This document shows, piece by piece, positions 12,484 to 26,131 of a DNA stretch of 64,000 nucleotides. The first letter of the stretch is position 1, and each line of letters opens with the position of its first letter. The position numbers were made by a program, and so were the translations under genes. The stretch is from Octopus sinensis (taxonomy: Eukaryota), in contig NC_043001.1 of NCBI RefSeq assembly GCF_006345805.1, forward strand, positions 114,452,001-114,516,000. The letters run 5' to 3'. The notes under the pieces are model-generated. The model searched no databases. It was not told where the DNA came from and worked only from the letters and a program-made list of their open reading frames with translations.

Positions 12484-12853
12484 ACCTCCGCCAAGCAGCT
12501 CATTTTAAAATAGATACGCGAGTAAAATGACAAATAGAGAAACGAAAATAAACTTTGAAAACAGCAACGCCACCATAGGTTAAGTGGAAAACGAAGAACA
12601 TGTTTTCAAGGGTGATAATCACAAAACGTAATATTGTAATACTTCATGTAACAAAGGAATAGCCCTTCAAGATTCCATACAAATTACCGGATCACTACCG
12701 AAATTTTGTCATATATTCCTTGTGTCATTACCAATTTTGTCTGCAAGTTTCATTAAACACCGTTCACAACTTTCTGAGTTATTTTGCACACAGGCGGACA
12801 GACGGACAAACTAACGCCGATAAAAACATAACTTCCTTCCTTGGCGGAGGTAA
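12484..12853. mobile_element. HINE/DINE-like (Helentron-associated) non-autonomous element
   Basis: 12-bp inverted repeats ACCTCCGCCAAG (12484-12495) and CTTGGCGGAGGT (12840-12851); GGACAGACGGACA micro-repeat near the end. Confidence 0.5.
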
Positions 12854-13261
12854 TTATGGCAATATGAATACAGAACAGAACTTTAACCTTCTGTGTCAGC
12901 AATGAAACACAAAGGCACACTTCATCACAAGAGGAATACGTTTTTATTCTTCGTATTTCATAAGAAATATTATTTTTCTATTTCTTTAAGAGTTCTCAAT
13001 TATTCTTTAAAAAATAATATTCACATCCCATATATTCTGTCTACTTTTTTATTTTTCGCATATGTTATTCATTTCAAAATCGGTTTCCAAATTTTGGTTG
13101 ATGCTTGTAATGGAATCGCTTACTTGTGTCGCAAGTAGAAGAAATCGCCTTGAAAATTTAGCAACCAGCTATTACTTTCATGTAATGTAAATGTTTTAAT
13201 AACAGATTTTTTTCTCTAGCTTCTGTACTTGGCCTGAATAGTCGTTTAAATATATAAATAA

Positions 13262-13450
13262 GGAGAGAATTTACGAAAAAAAAACAAAAGACGAAGACAG
13301 GTGGTGTAGAAAACAAACAAATGTATTAGTATAACGCTCAGGAATTGAAAAAAGTCTTTTACGTTTCGAGCCTACGCTCTTTGACAGAAAGAAACACAGT
13401 AAGAAACAAGGAGAGAGAAAAGAATGTGTGTAGTGGCCACCGATCTATCA
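13262..13450 (-). mobile_element. ~190-bp (TA)n-associated non-coding element with hammerhead-like motif (family C, copy 1)
   Basis: Reverse complement aligns end to end with 38172-38357 and 41495-41675; (TA)n at 13457-13510. Confidence 0.75.
13355..13392 (-). ncRNA. Hammerhead-like motif, degenerate core (CUGUCAA)
   Basis: UCUUU-CUGUCAA-A-GAGC-GUAG-GCUC-GAAAC-GUA-AAAGA; two core deviations (A6U, G8A). Confidence 0.35.
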
Positions 13451-13453
13451 AGG

Positions 13454-13514
<61 letters not shown>

Positions 13515-13685
13515 ATCAAATAAATCGTGGTAAATTTCAAAATTATACAACTTATACGGAACAACGTCTAAAATGTCCCTGCATTTCAGCATGTCACAGG
13601 AAGAAATGCAATACCACCAGCAATAACAGTATTTGCATCAAGAACAACAACAATACGAATAACAACAACAACATCAACAACAATA

Positions 13686-13902
13686 ATAATCCTTTCTACT
13701 ATAGACACAAGGCCTGAGATTTTGAGATGGGGGACAAGTCGATTACATCGACCCCAATGCGTAGCTAGTACTTACTTTATCGACCTCGAAATGATGAAAA
13801 GCAAAGTCGACCTCGATGGGATTTGAAATCAGAACGCAACAACAAGCGAAATAACGCTAAGCAATTCGTCAAGCGCGCTAACAACTGTGCCAGCTCGGTG
13901 CC

Positions 13903-13950
<48 letters not shown>

Positions 13951-14250
13951 TAATAATAACATTCCTACTGGAAGCACAACGCCTGAGAGTTGGGGGATGG
14001 ATATAGTTGATTACATCGATCCCAATACTCAACTTCTACTTAATTTATCGACCTCGAAAGGATGAAAGGTAAAGTCGACTTCGGCAGAATTGAACTCAGG
14101 ACGTAACGACGGGCGAAATACCGATAAACATTTCGACCAGGGTGCTAACAAATCTGCCACCTCGCCGCTTTAACAATAATAATAATAATAATCCTTTCTA
14201 TTATAGGCACAAGGGGTCCAGTGCGCTAACAATTCTGTCAGCTCACTGCT
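13686..14250 (-). mobile_element. Head-to-tail array of Nin/Deu SINEs (two full, one internally deleted) separated by (AAT)n
   Basis: Units ~13686-13905, ~13958-14170 and ~14190-14250; units 1 and 3 end in AGAAAGGATT and unit 2 in GTAGGAATG, each next to a TAA run. Confidence 0.8.
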
Positions 14251-14318
14251 TTAGTAATAACAATAATAATAACAGCAACAACAAAAACAACAACAACAAC
14301 AATAACAACAACAACAAC

Positions 14319-14356
<38 letters not shown>

Positions 14357-14398
14357 AATAATAATGATAATGATAATAATAGTAATAATAATAATAAG

Positions 14399-15100
14399 GA
14401 CCACCTAATCTCTGGATGTAAAGTCTTAGCACCAGTGGAGTATAAATTAAGACATGACAGAGTTGGCCAATATCTCCACTGGCTAATAAGTCGGCATTAC
14501 AATATCAAAACTGCCGACAAGTGGTATAATCACCACCCTGAGGCTGTAACTGAAGGAGAAAATGTAACCATTCTGTGGGACTTTCCAGTACATACAGACC
14601 GAACCATCAAGGCCAATAAACCAGATATTGTTGTGAAAGACCAAAACAATAAAGTTTGCTTATTGATCGACATGAGCATCCCCTGTGATCATAATATCTC
14701 AGCGAAAGAGTTTGACAAGCTCAGAAAATATAAAGACCTACTCATTGAAATTGAGAAAATGTGGCATCTCAAGGCGGTTACAATACCAGTAATCGTAGGA
14801 GCACTAGGAATGATCAAGAAGGGAACCGAAAATTATATGAGAATGATCCTTGGCTTACCATCCCTGCAAGAAGTGCAAAAGATTGTCTTAACTGGTACAT
14901 CACACGTATTGAGAAGAGCATTGTCGATGTGAGAACTGTTGCTGCTCATGTATTTTAATTTAACTTACAAAAAAAAAAAATGAACGAACTATGAGTTTGG
15001 TTTAATGGCCTACCAATGTATACTATGAGTTTCTTTGTCCTAGGAGTCGGGAAGACACTCGGCAAGAAATGGAAGCAAATTTGAAAGAAGAAAAAAAAAG
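14399..15100 (+). mobile_element. R4/Dong-clade LINE, 5'-truncated 3' end with 3'UTR
   Basis: Flanked by (AAT)n at ~14350-14397 and 15101-15127; contains an uninterrupted RLE ORF. Confidence 0.9.
14435..14932 (+). pseudogene. Restriction-like endonuclease (PD-(D/E)xK) domain of R4/Dong LINE; open frame but 5'-truncated
   Basis: EYKLRHDRVGQYLHW...ILWDFPVHTDRTIKANKPDIVVKD...LLIDMSIP...KLRKYKDL...VIVGALG...VLRRALSM. Confidence 0.85.
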
Positions 15101-15127
15101 TAATAATAATAATAATAATAATAATAA

Positions 15128-15683
15128 ATGCCCTGATGCAGTACCAGGCAGTGGCTCTCATGGCTTCTGACCTTAACTGATTGGAAGTGTTATCATGTAC
15201 ATTGTTTTGTCTTGGTATAAAAGATGGGCTACAGCAAATATTCTGCTCAATACCACAGATTTGCTTGTCAGTTGTTTGACCGTAACCAGTTGAGCATGTC
15301 CCTTAGTGGCTGACGATATGTGCATCTCTGATCACGAGCAGAAGTAGTGGGGGAGCATCATAGCCATGTGTTGAGAGGGATTCTTTGGGGTTTGAATAAT
15401 TCACCTCTGGAAACATGGGTGTTTCGTTCAACGTCCTTAAACAACCCTTATTCAGGGACCTTTTGAGCGGGATGGGTTACTCGATCTGAAGAAAATTCTA
15501 ACTGGGCTCCACCTGCAAGGTCATGTGTTGTTTATCTTGATATGAGATCACCATGTCGCGCACATATGGTTGTGATGCATGTGCCTGGTGTACCATTATC
15601 AGACGGGTAGTCATGATGGGTATACTGGGCTTCGTATATTTTACCCCAGTGTCACTTTGATGGCATGCTCTGCTCGCTCACTC
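15128..15683. mobile_element. ~555-bp non-coding element embedded in (AAT)n (possibly Dong-mobilised)
   Basis: Complex, relatively GC-richer sequence bounded exactly by TAA runs (15101-15127 and 15684-15707); no tRNA head, no ORF homology seen. Confidence 0.5.
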
Positions 15684-16663
15684 AATAATAATAATAATAA
15701 TAATAATACTTTCCTATTTATGCACATGACCAGCAATTTTAGGGAAGGTTCCTATTTTAGAAACATCTAAAAAATTTCAAGGGATAGCAGAAAACAATAC
15801 ATTCAACCCCAGTGGATATTTTATTATACAGACTTTAAAATGTAAGGATGACACCGAAAAGATTTGAACTCAGAATGTAAATAGCTGGAACAGTTAATCC
15901 AAAGCATTTTTCACACTTGTATTATGCCAGCTCAACATTGACCAGCACTTTCACAAGGTGACACATTCTCGAGGAAGAGTTCATGCAATTTAATCAACCA
16001 CAGTATTTCTTAGAAGAATTTCTGGACTTGCAGTAGCGTGAGAACATGTCATATCTTTCAGCAAATAGAGCATAACTGTATAGTTTCTATTTTCACTACT
16101 GCTGCAATGAGCACCCACACCACCACCACCAACAACAACAACAACAACTTTAATAATAATTACAACAATAATACTACGAACAACAACGATAACAACAAAA
16201 ACATTATTATATGTAGGCACATGATATTACTAATAGGAATATGGAGGCTTTTACTAATAATAAATAAAATTAGGAGCGGGAATGAAATGTAATATGGAGT
16301 TTTAATTGACTGATTTTGGACATATATCCGGAGATGACGATGAGAAGAGTGAGATGAGATTGAATTCTGTTGTAACAACATCCTTTGCTATACTATCAAT
16401 ATCTGCAATTGGAAATATTAATTATCGATTTTTCACTATTTTTATGGTGGAAATAACAGAGCGACCAGCTCAACGTTAGAATAAGAGAATTTCACACGCA
16501 CACACGCATAAACACACACAAAATTATAAAGTATAATACAAACATTGCATACAATAATACTCTTACAAACACATACATCTGTGTATGGGTGTGTGTGGGT
16601 ATGCATATATGTATGTATATATACACATACACACACACACATATATATATATACATATTTATG

Positions 16664-16715
<52 letters not shown>

Positions 16716-19606
16716 CGTATGTATGTATGTATGTATATATATCAAATGAATGCATAGATCTCCCTGGATGCATGTATGTAGGTATGTATTTAGATGTATG
16801 AATGTATGTATTTAGATGTATGTATATATGTATGTGTGTACGCATGTATGTATGTGTTTGTGTATGTATGTACAAAAGGGTCGATTATCCAGCTGAAGAC
16901 GCTAAATGCGTAGAGACATTTTAGAGTGAATCAATTGAAATTTATCAAATATTCTACGTTTAAGCATTGCGTTCTGTAATCTATCTCTCCTTGGTGAGTC
17001 AATATGTGGATGTGCGTGGGCGCGCGCTCACACGCACATACACACACACACATACACACACACACACACACACACATACACACACACACATGGTAGTTGA
17101 CCTGCACTACTATTCGGCCGACAGATATATGGCTTTTTCGATGATAATAACCGGGTGATAACATTAGACAGCTTATGTAAAATATCTGTACCTTTGATTA
17201 TATAAAACAGTTAAGTTTGAATTCACATGAAATGGAATTCACGATCGACTGAATTTGAAACTTCTTAACATTGTCTAAAATTAAATTAAACGACATCCTG
17301 TGCGTTTGTATTTACCATAATCAAGGCTGTTACTCCTAACCGAATAACCGAATGTATGACTGGGTTATATGTATTATGCTTTCCATAATGGTTTCAGGTG
17401 CCTGTGAATCTGTGAGCAGACATAGACACATTCTTGCCTGTTCTAAATATAGTCCTGTAGAATGTTACGAATATAAGAGTTAAACAGAATTGTCCTGGCG
17501 TTCACCTGGTTTTCATTTCCGCTGAGTAGAAGAGAAGAGCTTGAGACAAAATGTTTTGTTCAAGAATAAATCACGCCGTATGCTCCAGGAATCGTATCCA
17601 CATCATTATGGTTGTGGATGCTCAACACTATAAGGCAACCGTCTTCGAACGTGTGGTATAAGACAGCTGTGGGTTGGTGATAAAAAGTGATTATGCATTT
17701 CAGTGATTGAATGAATAAGTATCGTGTTCAATTTTCTTAGCTATGTAGTCTAAATATGATGTGGCATCCTCAGCTTGTTAAATATTTGTTAAAAGCAATA
17801 ACCACAGCATTTTGAACATGGCAGTTTATTCCCTTTCAAAACTCATTACAGGAAATATCAATTTGTGCAGTATTAGAAAGCCCTAAAAACGTCTCCTGAT
17901 GATAACTTAAAACATGGCTGAGCAGTATATTTTTATTTATTTTCATTAATTTCTTAATTATTTATGAAGGATGCATGTAGTTTCATAAATGGAAATTCAG
18001 AAAACCTATAAAAGATAATGTGACGTTCAATTCAATCAAATCAGGACAGCACAAAATTTATTTCCATGAACCTCTGCAGACGTGATTGCAGAGGAATGGG
18101 AGAGCCAAAAAGGGAGACAAAATACATTTATATTCCATATAAATAGTTATTGATATCTTCAGGTAATTGTTATTGGGTGCAATTTTACTATGTTTAACTA
18201 GATCAATTGTATGTGTTTGTGTGTGTGTGTGTGTGTGTATGTGTGTGTGTGTGTTGAAATACTAAATGATTCAGTGTCCATCCTAGTTGGCTCCTCACCC
18301 TAAATTGTCTTTGAAGAGTGATTAAAATATAAGAATTTGATAAAATGGAATGTTGAACCTCCAAACAAAATTTACTTTCATGTGCTGAGCAAATGTGATT
18401 TGAGGAAAATATAATTGTTTTTATGTCCCTGTAAAATATCCCCCACATACTCCCTGTAAACTTTACACGAAAAGAGAGGTTATAGATTCCGTTCTTGAAT
18501 AAATGAAGCAAGTGAAACGACAGTTGCGCAGGAGTGAACATTTACATGATCGATCGATCGAACTGTGTGAATGAGCAACCGAGTTGTCTTTTGATCATCG
18601 CCAACGGTCTTAAGAAAAGGGAACATACGTAGGTTTATGCATTCCTATATATATCATGTTCGACAAATTAAGACAAGAGAGTAACTAGTTAGCACCAATC
18701 GGAGTCGATTAAAGTATTTCTAATCCTTCTGTCTTCGTAAAGCCAACGAGTGAAATATTTACCATTTATCAATTCTATAATTCTACAAAGATTCTTTGTG
18801 AATATCTATAAAAATTAATCTCCATTTAATCTCCATGGTTTTTATTGAAATCCAAGCAGCCAATGTCCTTAACGAAATCGACATTTCTTTCTTTAGATTT
18901 GCTGACATATTTTCGCAATCTTTATCAGAATATTAATGTGAAATATGCTAAAATTATTTTTAAATACATCTTTTTCTTTTCTACAACTATAACAGCCTTT
19001 ACTCCAACAAATCGGCTAGGCTCATGCCTCCTCTACTCATGCACTCCCATCCCTCTCATTATCCTTGTGTAGTCAAACCTCCAAGTATCAATATCACCAT
19101 TTTCCATTTCAGAATGCCCCTTCTCTGGAGTTTTCTCTATGCTCATAAATTTCCCGCGGTTCAAAACTATCACCAATGATATCAATCTCAGCAGCTTTAG
19201 AGGGCATGCAAATGTCATTCGCACTGCAGTATCCTCTTGAACAAGCAGAAATGCTGCTGAATGTTAGATTTTCTAACAAGAAAAGAAAAACCGATCCTAT
19301 GTACCCGAACATGTCATAATCAATAGACAAATAAACTCGTTTTCATGAATAGAGATATAATATCGTCTAGTTGCCAGATATGACGTCCTATATCGAGAAA
19401 GAGCAGACATATACCTTTGAATGCAAGAAGGAAAACAAACAAAAAATGCCTAAATTTCATATAAGAAGGCGAAATGAGATCATTTTGATGCCGTCAGTAG
19501 CACAAATATGGAACACATGTATGTTCAAGATGATGGAATTGTTTGGTATGACACTCTGTAATGACCAGTCTGATCAGATATGTAATGTATTGCAAGTAAT
19601 CATATT

Positions 19607-20020
19607 GCGTAGGAGTGGCTGTGTGATAAGTAGCTTGCTTACCAACCACGTGGTTCCGGGTTCAGTCCCAATGCGTGGCACCTTGGGCAAGTGTCTTCTA
19701 CTGTAGCCTCGGGCCGACCAAAACCTTGTGAGTGGATTTGGTAGACGGAAACTGAAAGAAGCCCCTCATATATATATGTATATATATGTATGTATGTGTA
19801 TATGATTGTGTGTCTGTGTTTGTCCCCCAACATCGCTTGACGACAGATGCTGGTGTATTTACGTCCCCGTAACTTAGCGGTCCGGCAAAAAAGAGCGATA
19901 GAATAAGTACTAGGCTTCCAAAGAATAAGTCCCGGGGGCGATTTGCTCGACTAAAAGCGGTACTCCAGCAGGGCAACAGTCAAATGACTGAAAAAAGTAA
20001 AAAAAGAAATAAAAGAATAA
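19607..20020 (+). mobile_element. tRNA-derived SINE, family O (CORE-like)
   Basis: GGTTCCGGGTTCAGTCCCA B-box-like head, GGCACCTTGGGCAAGTGTCTTC core, tail CAGTCAAATGACTGAAA. Confidence 0.85.
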
Positions 20021-20489
20021 ACGAGATATGTTAATATAGTGGCAGAATAAAACATCAAGGAAATACGCTGACATTCGTTCTAGCTTTTCACGTCCTGAGC
20101 TCAAATCTTACCGCGTTCAACTTTAATTTTCATCCATTCGCAGTAGGAAAACAAGTAAAATTCCATTCTATTACAGCGGTACAGCGAAATTTATGGGATT
20201 GCCTTTATATTAAAAGTAATGAATGTATGATAGGCAGTAAAGTCAAGGGGCGATGGCTGGATGATTAGGACAAATACACAAAGGATCCGTGAATTGATAT
20301 ATTTCACACCTTATGTGTGTTTATATACACACGCGCGTACACACACAATCATACACAGATAAGTGTGTATGTTTGGGTATGTGTGCGAGTTTGTGTGTGT
20401 GCAAGTGTGTGCATTAGTGTCTTCTACTATAACTCAGTGTTCTTCTTCTTCTTCTTCTTCTTCTTCTTATTATTATTATTATTATTACT

Positions 20490-20705
20490 AAGGCGGCGAG
20501 CTGACAGAATCGTTAGCATGTTGGGCGAAACACTTAACGGTATTTCGCTCGCCTTCACGTTTCACGTTCAAATTCCACCGAGGTCGACTTTTCCTTTCAT
20601 CAATCGGAATCGATGAATTAAGTACCAGTGAAACACTGGATTCAATGTAATCAATTGTTCCTTTCCCCAAAAATTTCAGGCCTTGTGCCTTCAATAGAAA
20701 GGATT
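20490..20705 (+). mobile_element. Nin/Deu-domain SINE (family N)
   Basis: AAGGCGGCGAGCTGACAGAATCGTTAGC..GAGGTCGACTTTTCCTTTCATC..TTAAGTACCAG..GCCTTGTGCC..TAGAAAGGATT; preceded by (TTC)(TTA)n. Confidence 0.8.
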
Positions 20706-21467
20706 GTTGTTGTTGTTGTCGTTGTTATTATAGTTGCTGTTGTTATGGTTGTTGTGGTTATCATTATCAACGCAGCAAACAGCCGGAATCTTTACCACAT
20801 ATGACAACTTGCTTTGCTGCACTCCTTCCGGTTCTATAACTTCTCAGTTCAAATACCGTGCGGGGGCAGCAGCTAAGGGCTTCATCTTCCATGGTCGCTA
20901 AAATAAAGTATCAGTCAAGTACTCGGGCTGATGTAATTGACTAAATCCCCTCCATTAAAAATTACTGATCTTGAGCCAAAATTACAAGAAACTTAGAAGT
21001 ACTATATTTAATATTTACTTTATTGATGTATATAGTTGATAGGGTTTTTTTCATTTTTTTGTTTTTGTTTTTGTTTTTTCTTACATGTTGAAATCATTCA
21101 AAATGAGAAAATTCAAAGTTTTGTTTGATTTCCAAACAAATTACAGCGAGAAAATTGAATTCTCAGAGATAACAATAAGAGAATTTTTTTTTTATAGAAA
21201 AAGCCAAATCGTAAAGTGCTAAACCATTTTCGTGATAGATGGCAATCAATCTTTTTGGTTGGATGAAAATACAAAGCACCAGTTCCAATCTTCGGCCTTT
21301 CAATCAACATTAATCGGATTTATGATGCTATAGTCTGCGACATGATTATATGTTAATCTGCACGCAATATAGATCTATGGGAATGCATTCAAGCTGACAC
21401 ATACATGCACACATGTACTGTCGTGCGTAACTGTACATACAATCAGAAAATGCATACAAGCACTCAC

Positions 21468-21548
<81 letters not shown>

Positions 21549-21759
21549 GTGTGTGCGTGTGTGTGTGTGTGTCTTTCTGTGTTTCTGTGTGTGTTTGTGG
21601 GTGTGTATTTACACACACACACAGCGATTTCGTTTCAGAAAGAAGTCTCTTCTAGTGTTATCTTTTTAATTGAGACATATTTCGGTTTACTCTATGCATA
21701 CTTATCCGTTCTGTTCACTCTATCAGCCAGACTATCAGACGCCCTTATACATCGCTAAT

Positions 21760-23800
21760 CACAATGCACTTCCGAAATTTTTGAGTGTCTGATCTTTCTC
21801 TCGTCTTCCAGTTCTTCTGAGTGGTCTTTTGGATACCACTCAACAACTGCACTAGTCTAACTGTGTATGCTTTCCAGCATATCAGATCTCGTGTTCACTT
21901 TACTCATGGCATTCATTCCACTCTGTTGCAGAATTACCTTGTTTAGGCTATGATCTCGGAATGATATTTCTCACATAGATCTTTCCATGATCATTTATAT
22001 CTTAGTTGTTCTCCCTTCTTTGTTGTAGTAGATATGCAGGTAGGGCGCTGTTATTGAAGGGACTGGTACCCAAGATTTTGTGGTTAGAGTGTTGGATTCG
22101 TGATTGTAAGATTTGGGGTTTGATGCCTGAATCGGGCGATGTGTTGTGTTCTTGAGCAAAACAATTCATTTCACGCCGTTCCAGTTCACTAAACTGGCAA
22201 CAGTGAGTAATCTTGCGACGGACCACTGTCCCGTCCTGGTGGAGAATTTATAGGACATGGGAACCGAGAAACCAGTCCTTGTGTGTCGGCAACACTCGAG
22301 AAGGTAAACTTTACCTTTCAATTTTATTTTTACCCAAGATTCTGTCTGTTCGTGGGTTGAGTGCATCTTGAACCGAATTGAACCGCGTGTACTTTTCTTT
22401 CATATTTTGTACTTTAAGGTTTACTGTTGAACTTTATTGGTCCACTTTTGTCTGCATGGTCTACAACTTATTCGAAGCTTCTGCTATGTTGCATGCAAAT
22501 CGGAGTTTTGTCAGTAGAGAGCCGTCGATGTAGGCGCCACCTATCGAATCAATGATATTGATGACCATTTATAGACATGCGCTGAAAAGGTATGGCGAGA
22601 TGACATTTTGATCAACACCCTTTTGAACTGGAACTCTTACAGGTGGTGACAGCAGAACTATGTCGGTGGTACACTGGATTTGCCTCTTCCGAGAACATTG
22701 AATTATCGTATCTCGTCTCCTTTAATTTCCAGTAAACTCATCATTTCATTCAAATTGTCTCTAACGAGAATCTTTGCAGACGGTACTAAGAGGCAGTTTT
22801 TAATCTCTCGTTCGTTCAAGAAGCTATATTAGGTGAATATATAGTCTAGCATGCAATTCTTTATAAACGTGCTCATTCATTTAGATATTGGTCGTTCAAA
22901 TGTTTCTATGGAGTAATGACTATGACATTTGTAAAAGTTTGTAGAAGTAGAGCAAGACGTATATCAGATGATAGTTACTGAAATCTTCCCCAACAACATT
23001 GTTATAACGTAAGATAATATTCAAATGCAGTAGTTGAATATTCCCTCTCTTTCAAATTTCGAATATGAGATGATCAAGTATTTTCTGTAGTTGTCCGTCT
23101 CACATTTTAAGTTTTCCGTTGTTATACCACGTTTTTCGGGGATTGGGGTGATCTCTCATCATCAACTTTAAAGCATGCTTTATGTTAATGGCCAGAATAG
23201 CTGATACTTCTTCCGATACTTGTGACGAGGAACGAGCACCACTGTTGATTAGAAAGAAATGATATAACAGTTTTTATAGATCTTCTACACATCTTTGCTT
23301 TTACGGTCGCTGTTAGTTCGTCGTCTTCCTCGAGCACTGTTACTTCTGATATATTTATTGCAATTATCTCCGATATTTCTATAAACTTTTCCTATGTTCT
23401 GCCGTACATAGTAGCTACTTCAATCTATAGTTTTCGAAGTTCATTTCCAGATGACTTATTGCCTTGCAGAATACAGAGTTATCGAGTTGCTCTTCCATGA
23501 TTTTAAGTGGCCCTGCAACCGTAGGACAGGACGATTGAAAGGTATGCCTTCCTACAACGTTTATCATTTGAATGATGTTATGTAACTGGTTGAGCGGGAA
23601 GGCCTTAATCTCAACTTTAGATAGATTTCAGGCTCAAGCTTACGACGACTTTGTGTGTGCTTCTGAGACAATCCTTCCAAAGGTTTGGCAAATCAGCAAA
23701 TCTGTAGCATGGCTAAACTTACCAGTACTTATCTCGTATAAAGGTCTGGAAGTTGCGGTTTGTGTGCAAACATGAAAGTAGCAAAAAATCGCATTCTGTT
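21760..23800 (-). mobile_element. Decayed RTE-clade LINE (RT and C-terminal region)
   Basis: Minus-strand fragments MERSM*EISFRDH..TSAVVEWYPKD (RTE C-terminus) and GAYIDGSLLTKLRFACNIA (decayed LRFADD region). Boundaries approximate. Confidence 0.6.
22072..22318 (+). mobile_element. tRNA-derived SINE, head B plus tail 2, inserted into the RTE remnant
   Basis: Aligns with 39684-39930 (TGTGTTCTTGAGCAAAACA..GAGTAATC.TGCGACGGACC..TCCCGTCC.GGTGG.GAATTT). Confidence 0.7.
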
Positions 23801-25254
23801 GTCAAGGAAACTTGCAAATTCGTAAAGGAATGCACTGCCACCATTTCTACTAGAGGGTCATTGTCACTGTTGTGGCAATTTGTCTAATCAGTAGCAATGC
23901 TCGTTCCTAATAAAATCTCACGTAGCCCCAGATTTGCTGGACGAATGCAATTCAGCCAAGACTTGGAGGATAAACAGTGTGGATATCACACACGTGATAT
24001 GCAGCTATATATTTTCTATAACCTGTAGGATGATAATGATACTAGCTTAAATAGTAGCTTCTGTCAGAATCCTATATGTTACGTCTCTGTCATGACCCAT
24101 ACGTCACGCAAATGAAATTCAAAAGATGGAGGTAGCTACAAAATGCATGCTACTCAAAACGAGAGAAAAGCATTTAAAACCAGTTAAATACATTTCACGA
24201 AAACCGACTGAAAGCGGAAGAGTAAATGTTTTCAAGACATTTCTCAAGTTCAAAATGCAACACAGTTGTTATCGAATTTCCAGCGATGGAGCTTCGTTTC
24301 ATAGCTAGAAAACCATTCCTTCATTTTAAAGGAATTCAAAGAGTTAAAAAAAATATTCCATGCATGCGCCAACATGCATATATACATGTTTATATATATA
24401 TGAATAATACAGATATGTAATCATATATACACACGTAAAGACATGCCGACATATATATGTGTGTACATATGTACAAGTATACATGTCACATACAGATAGA
24501 TGCACTCATTCATACAAGCATACATATAACCATTCACAAAACATGCATAGACATATATATATGCACTCATACATACACAGGTATTCATTCGTACACACTA
24601 CAGCCATACATACATACAAACAAAAGTCAAATAAACTCTTTTACATGCATGTAGCCTCGAGGAATGAAAGTTTTCCAACCAAAATTTCCAGGCTTTCTTT
24701 TCGTTTAGCATGATTGCAATTTCATCTATGGTGGGATCAAGTGATTCTATCTTTGAAATTCTTTACTCCTGCCAAGAAGCTATTAATTTTCTGATCCGCT
24801 TGTAAAGGAAGAGAGAAGAAGAAAAAATGGTAAAAGAGAATAGAATGTATAAATTAGTAATGGAGTGAGAAAGAGAGAGAAAAAGAGAGACAGAATGTGG
24901 GGAAAAAATGAAGAACTCATTAAGTTAGAATTACTCATGTCAGTCACGTGGTTGTTTTATTTTATTTTAGGAAAACATAAAATACAGTGAAAAGCAATAA
25001 GAGACATCGACTTCCAATCTTCTTTTTTTTATATGTATTTCCTTTTCACCTTTTGTGTTTTAAACTGCATGTTTCTACAGGGTTAGCAGAATGTTGTTTT
25101 ATGTTGGTAACCTGTGGGCGGAAAGTTCATGTGATAAAGTTTTCGTACTTCGACTTTGATATATCTTTCTCCACACTATTCATCCACAACACTGTCAAGG
25201 AAATAAAACTAAAATTTTATTATTTACGTTATTTTATGAACCACACGGGAGCTG

Positions 25255-25500
25255 TATTGAACAGAATCGTTAGAGAGTCAAAGAAAATAATCTGTTGTCT
25301 GCCTTCCGTTCCGTTCCCTTCCGTTCCGTTACCTTCCGTTTCTTTACGTTCTGAGTTTCAATTCCAACCAGGGCACTTTACAATCATTCGGTCTGGAAAT
25401 CACAAAAAAATAAAGTACGAGTCAATTTCTACAGTCACGGTAATCGACTAATAGCTTCTCCCAAAATTTCAGGTGTTATACCTAATTTAGAAACAAATAC
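25255..25500 (+). mobile_element. Nin/Deu-domain SINE with internal (CCGTT)n expansion
   Basis: CAGAATCGTTAG..CCGTTCCGTTCCCTTCCGTTCCGTT..CGTTCTGAGTTTCAATTCC..AAAGTACGAG. Confidence 0.6.
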
Positions 25501-26131
25501 TTCAGGAATTATCACACTTGTGGATAGCATCGTATCTTCATTGCACTTGTATTTCTTGTCATTTTTGTTCGCACAGGTATATACACAATCAAGCGTATTT
25601 CGTCCATGACTAATTGGAATAACCTTCTACGGCCATTGTTTATTTGAAATTAATCTATGCCCTTTTTTAAAGGCGTTGTGGTGTGGTTTGAGGAACAGTA
25701 ATGCTAATACTCTAAGGTTAATTGACCGCTTACTTGTGGAGGAATAGCAATTAGCTCCACGATAGAAGGATTCCATCATACTGCAGAATGAATATTTCAT
25801 CAACCGTTGTTGTTGATGTTGTGCTGTTGTTGATGTGATATTTTAGTTGTTGCTTGAATTATAATCTTTATCTAGGAAAATACTAGCCCAGCATCAGAGA
25901 CATATTGTACGTGATATTTTATCCGTGACATTACTGATTATCTACATTTACAGCACCGTGAAACTTTGAACAGTTTTAGACTTCTTATTGCTATCATTTC
26001 ATAGCCTTTTTCTCAATCTCAAATAATTTGACTATGTTTGGGGAACTAAATAGTTAAACTGATATATGAAATAAAAATAAGTTGCAGTCAATATTTGAAT
26101 ACATTTTTTTATATATATAATTTTCGCTGTT

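Noticed and set aside
13686-14250. Repeat-spacer-like periodicity suggesting a CRISPR array
   Set aside because: Units are ~220-bp SINEs separated by microsatellite; no 25-45-bp constant repeats or cas genes, and the context is eukaryotic.
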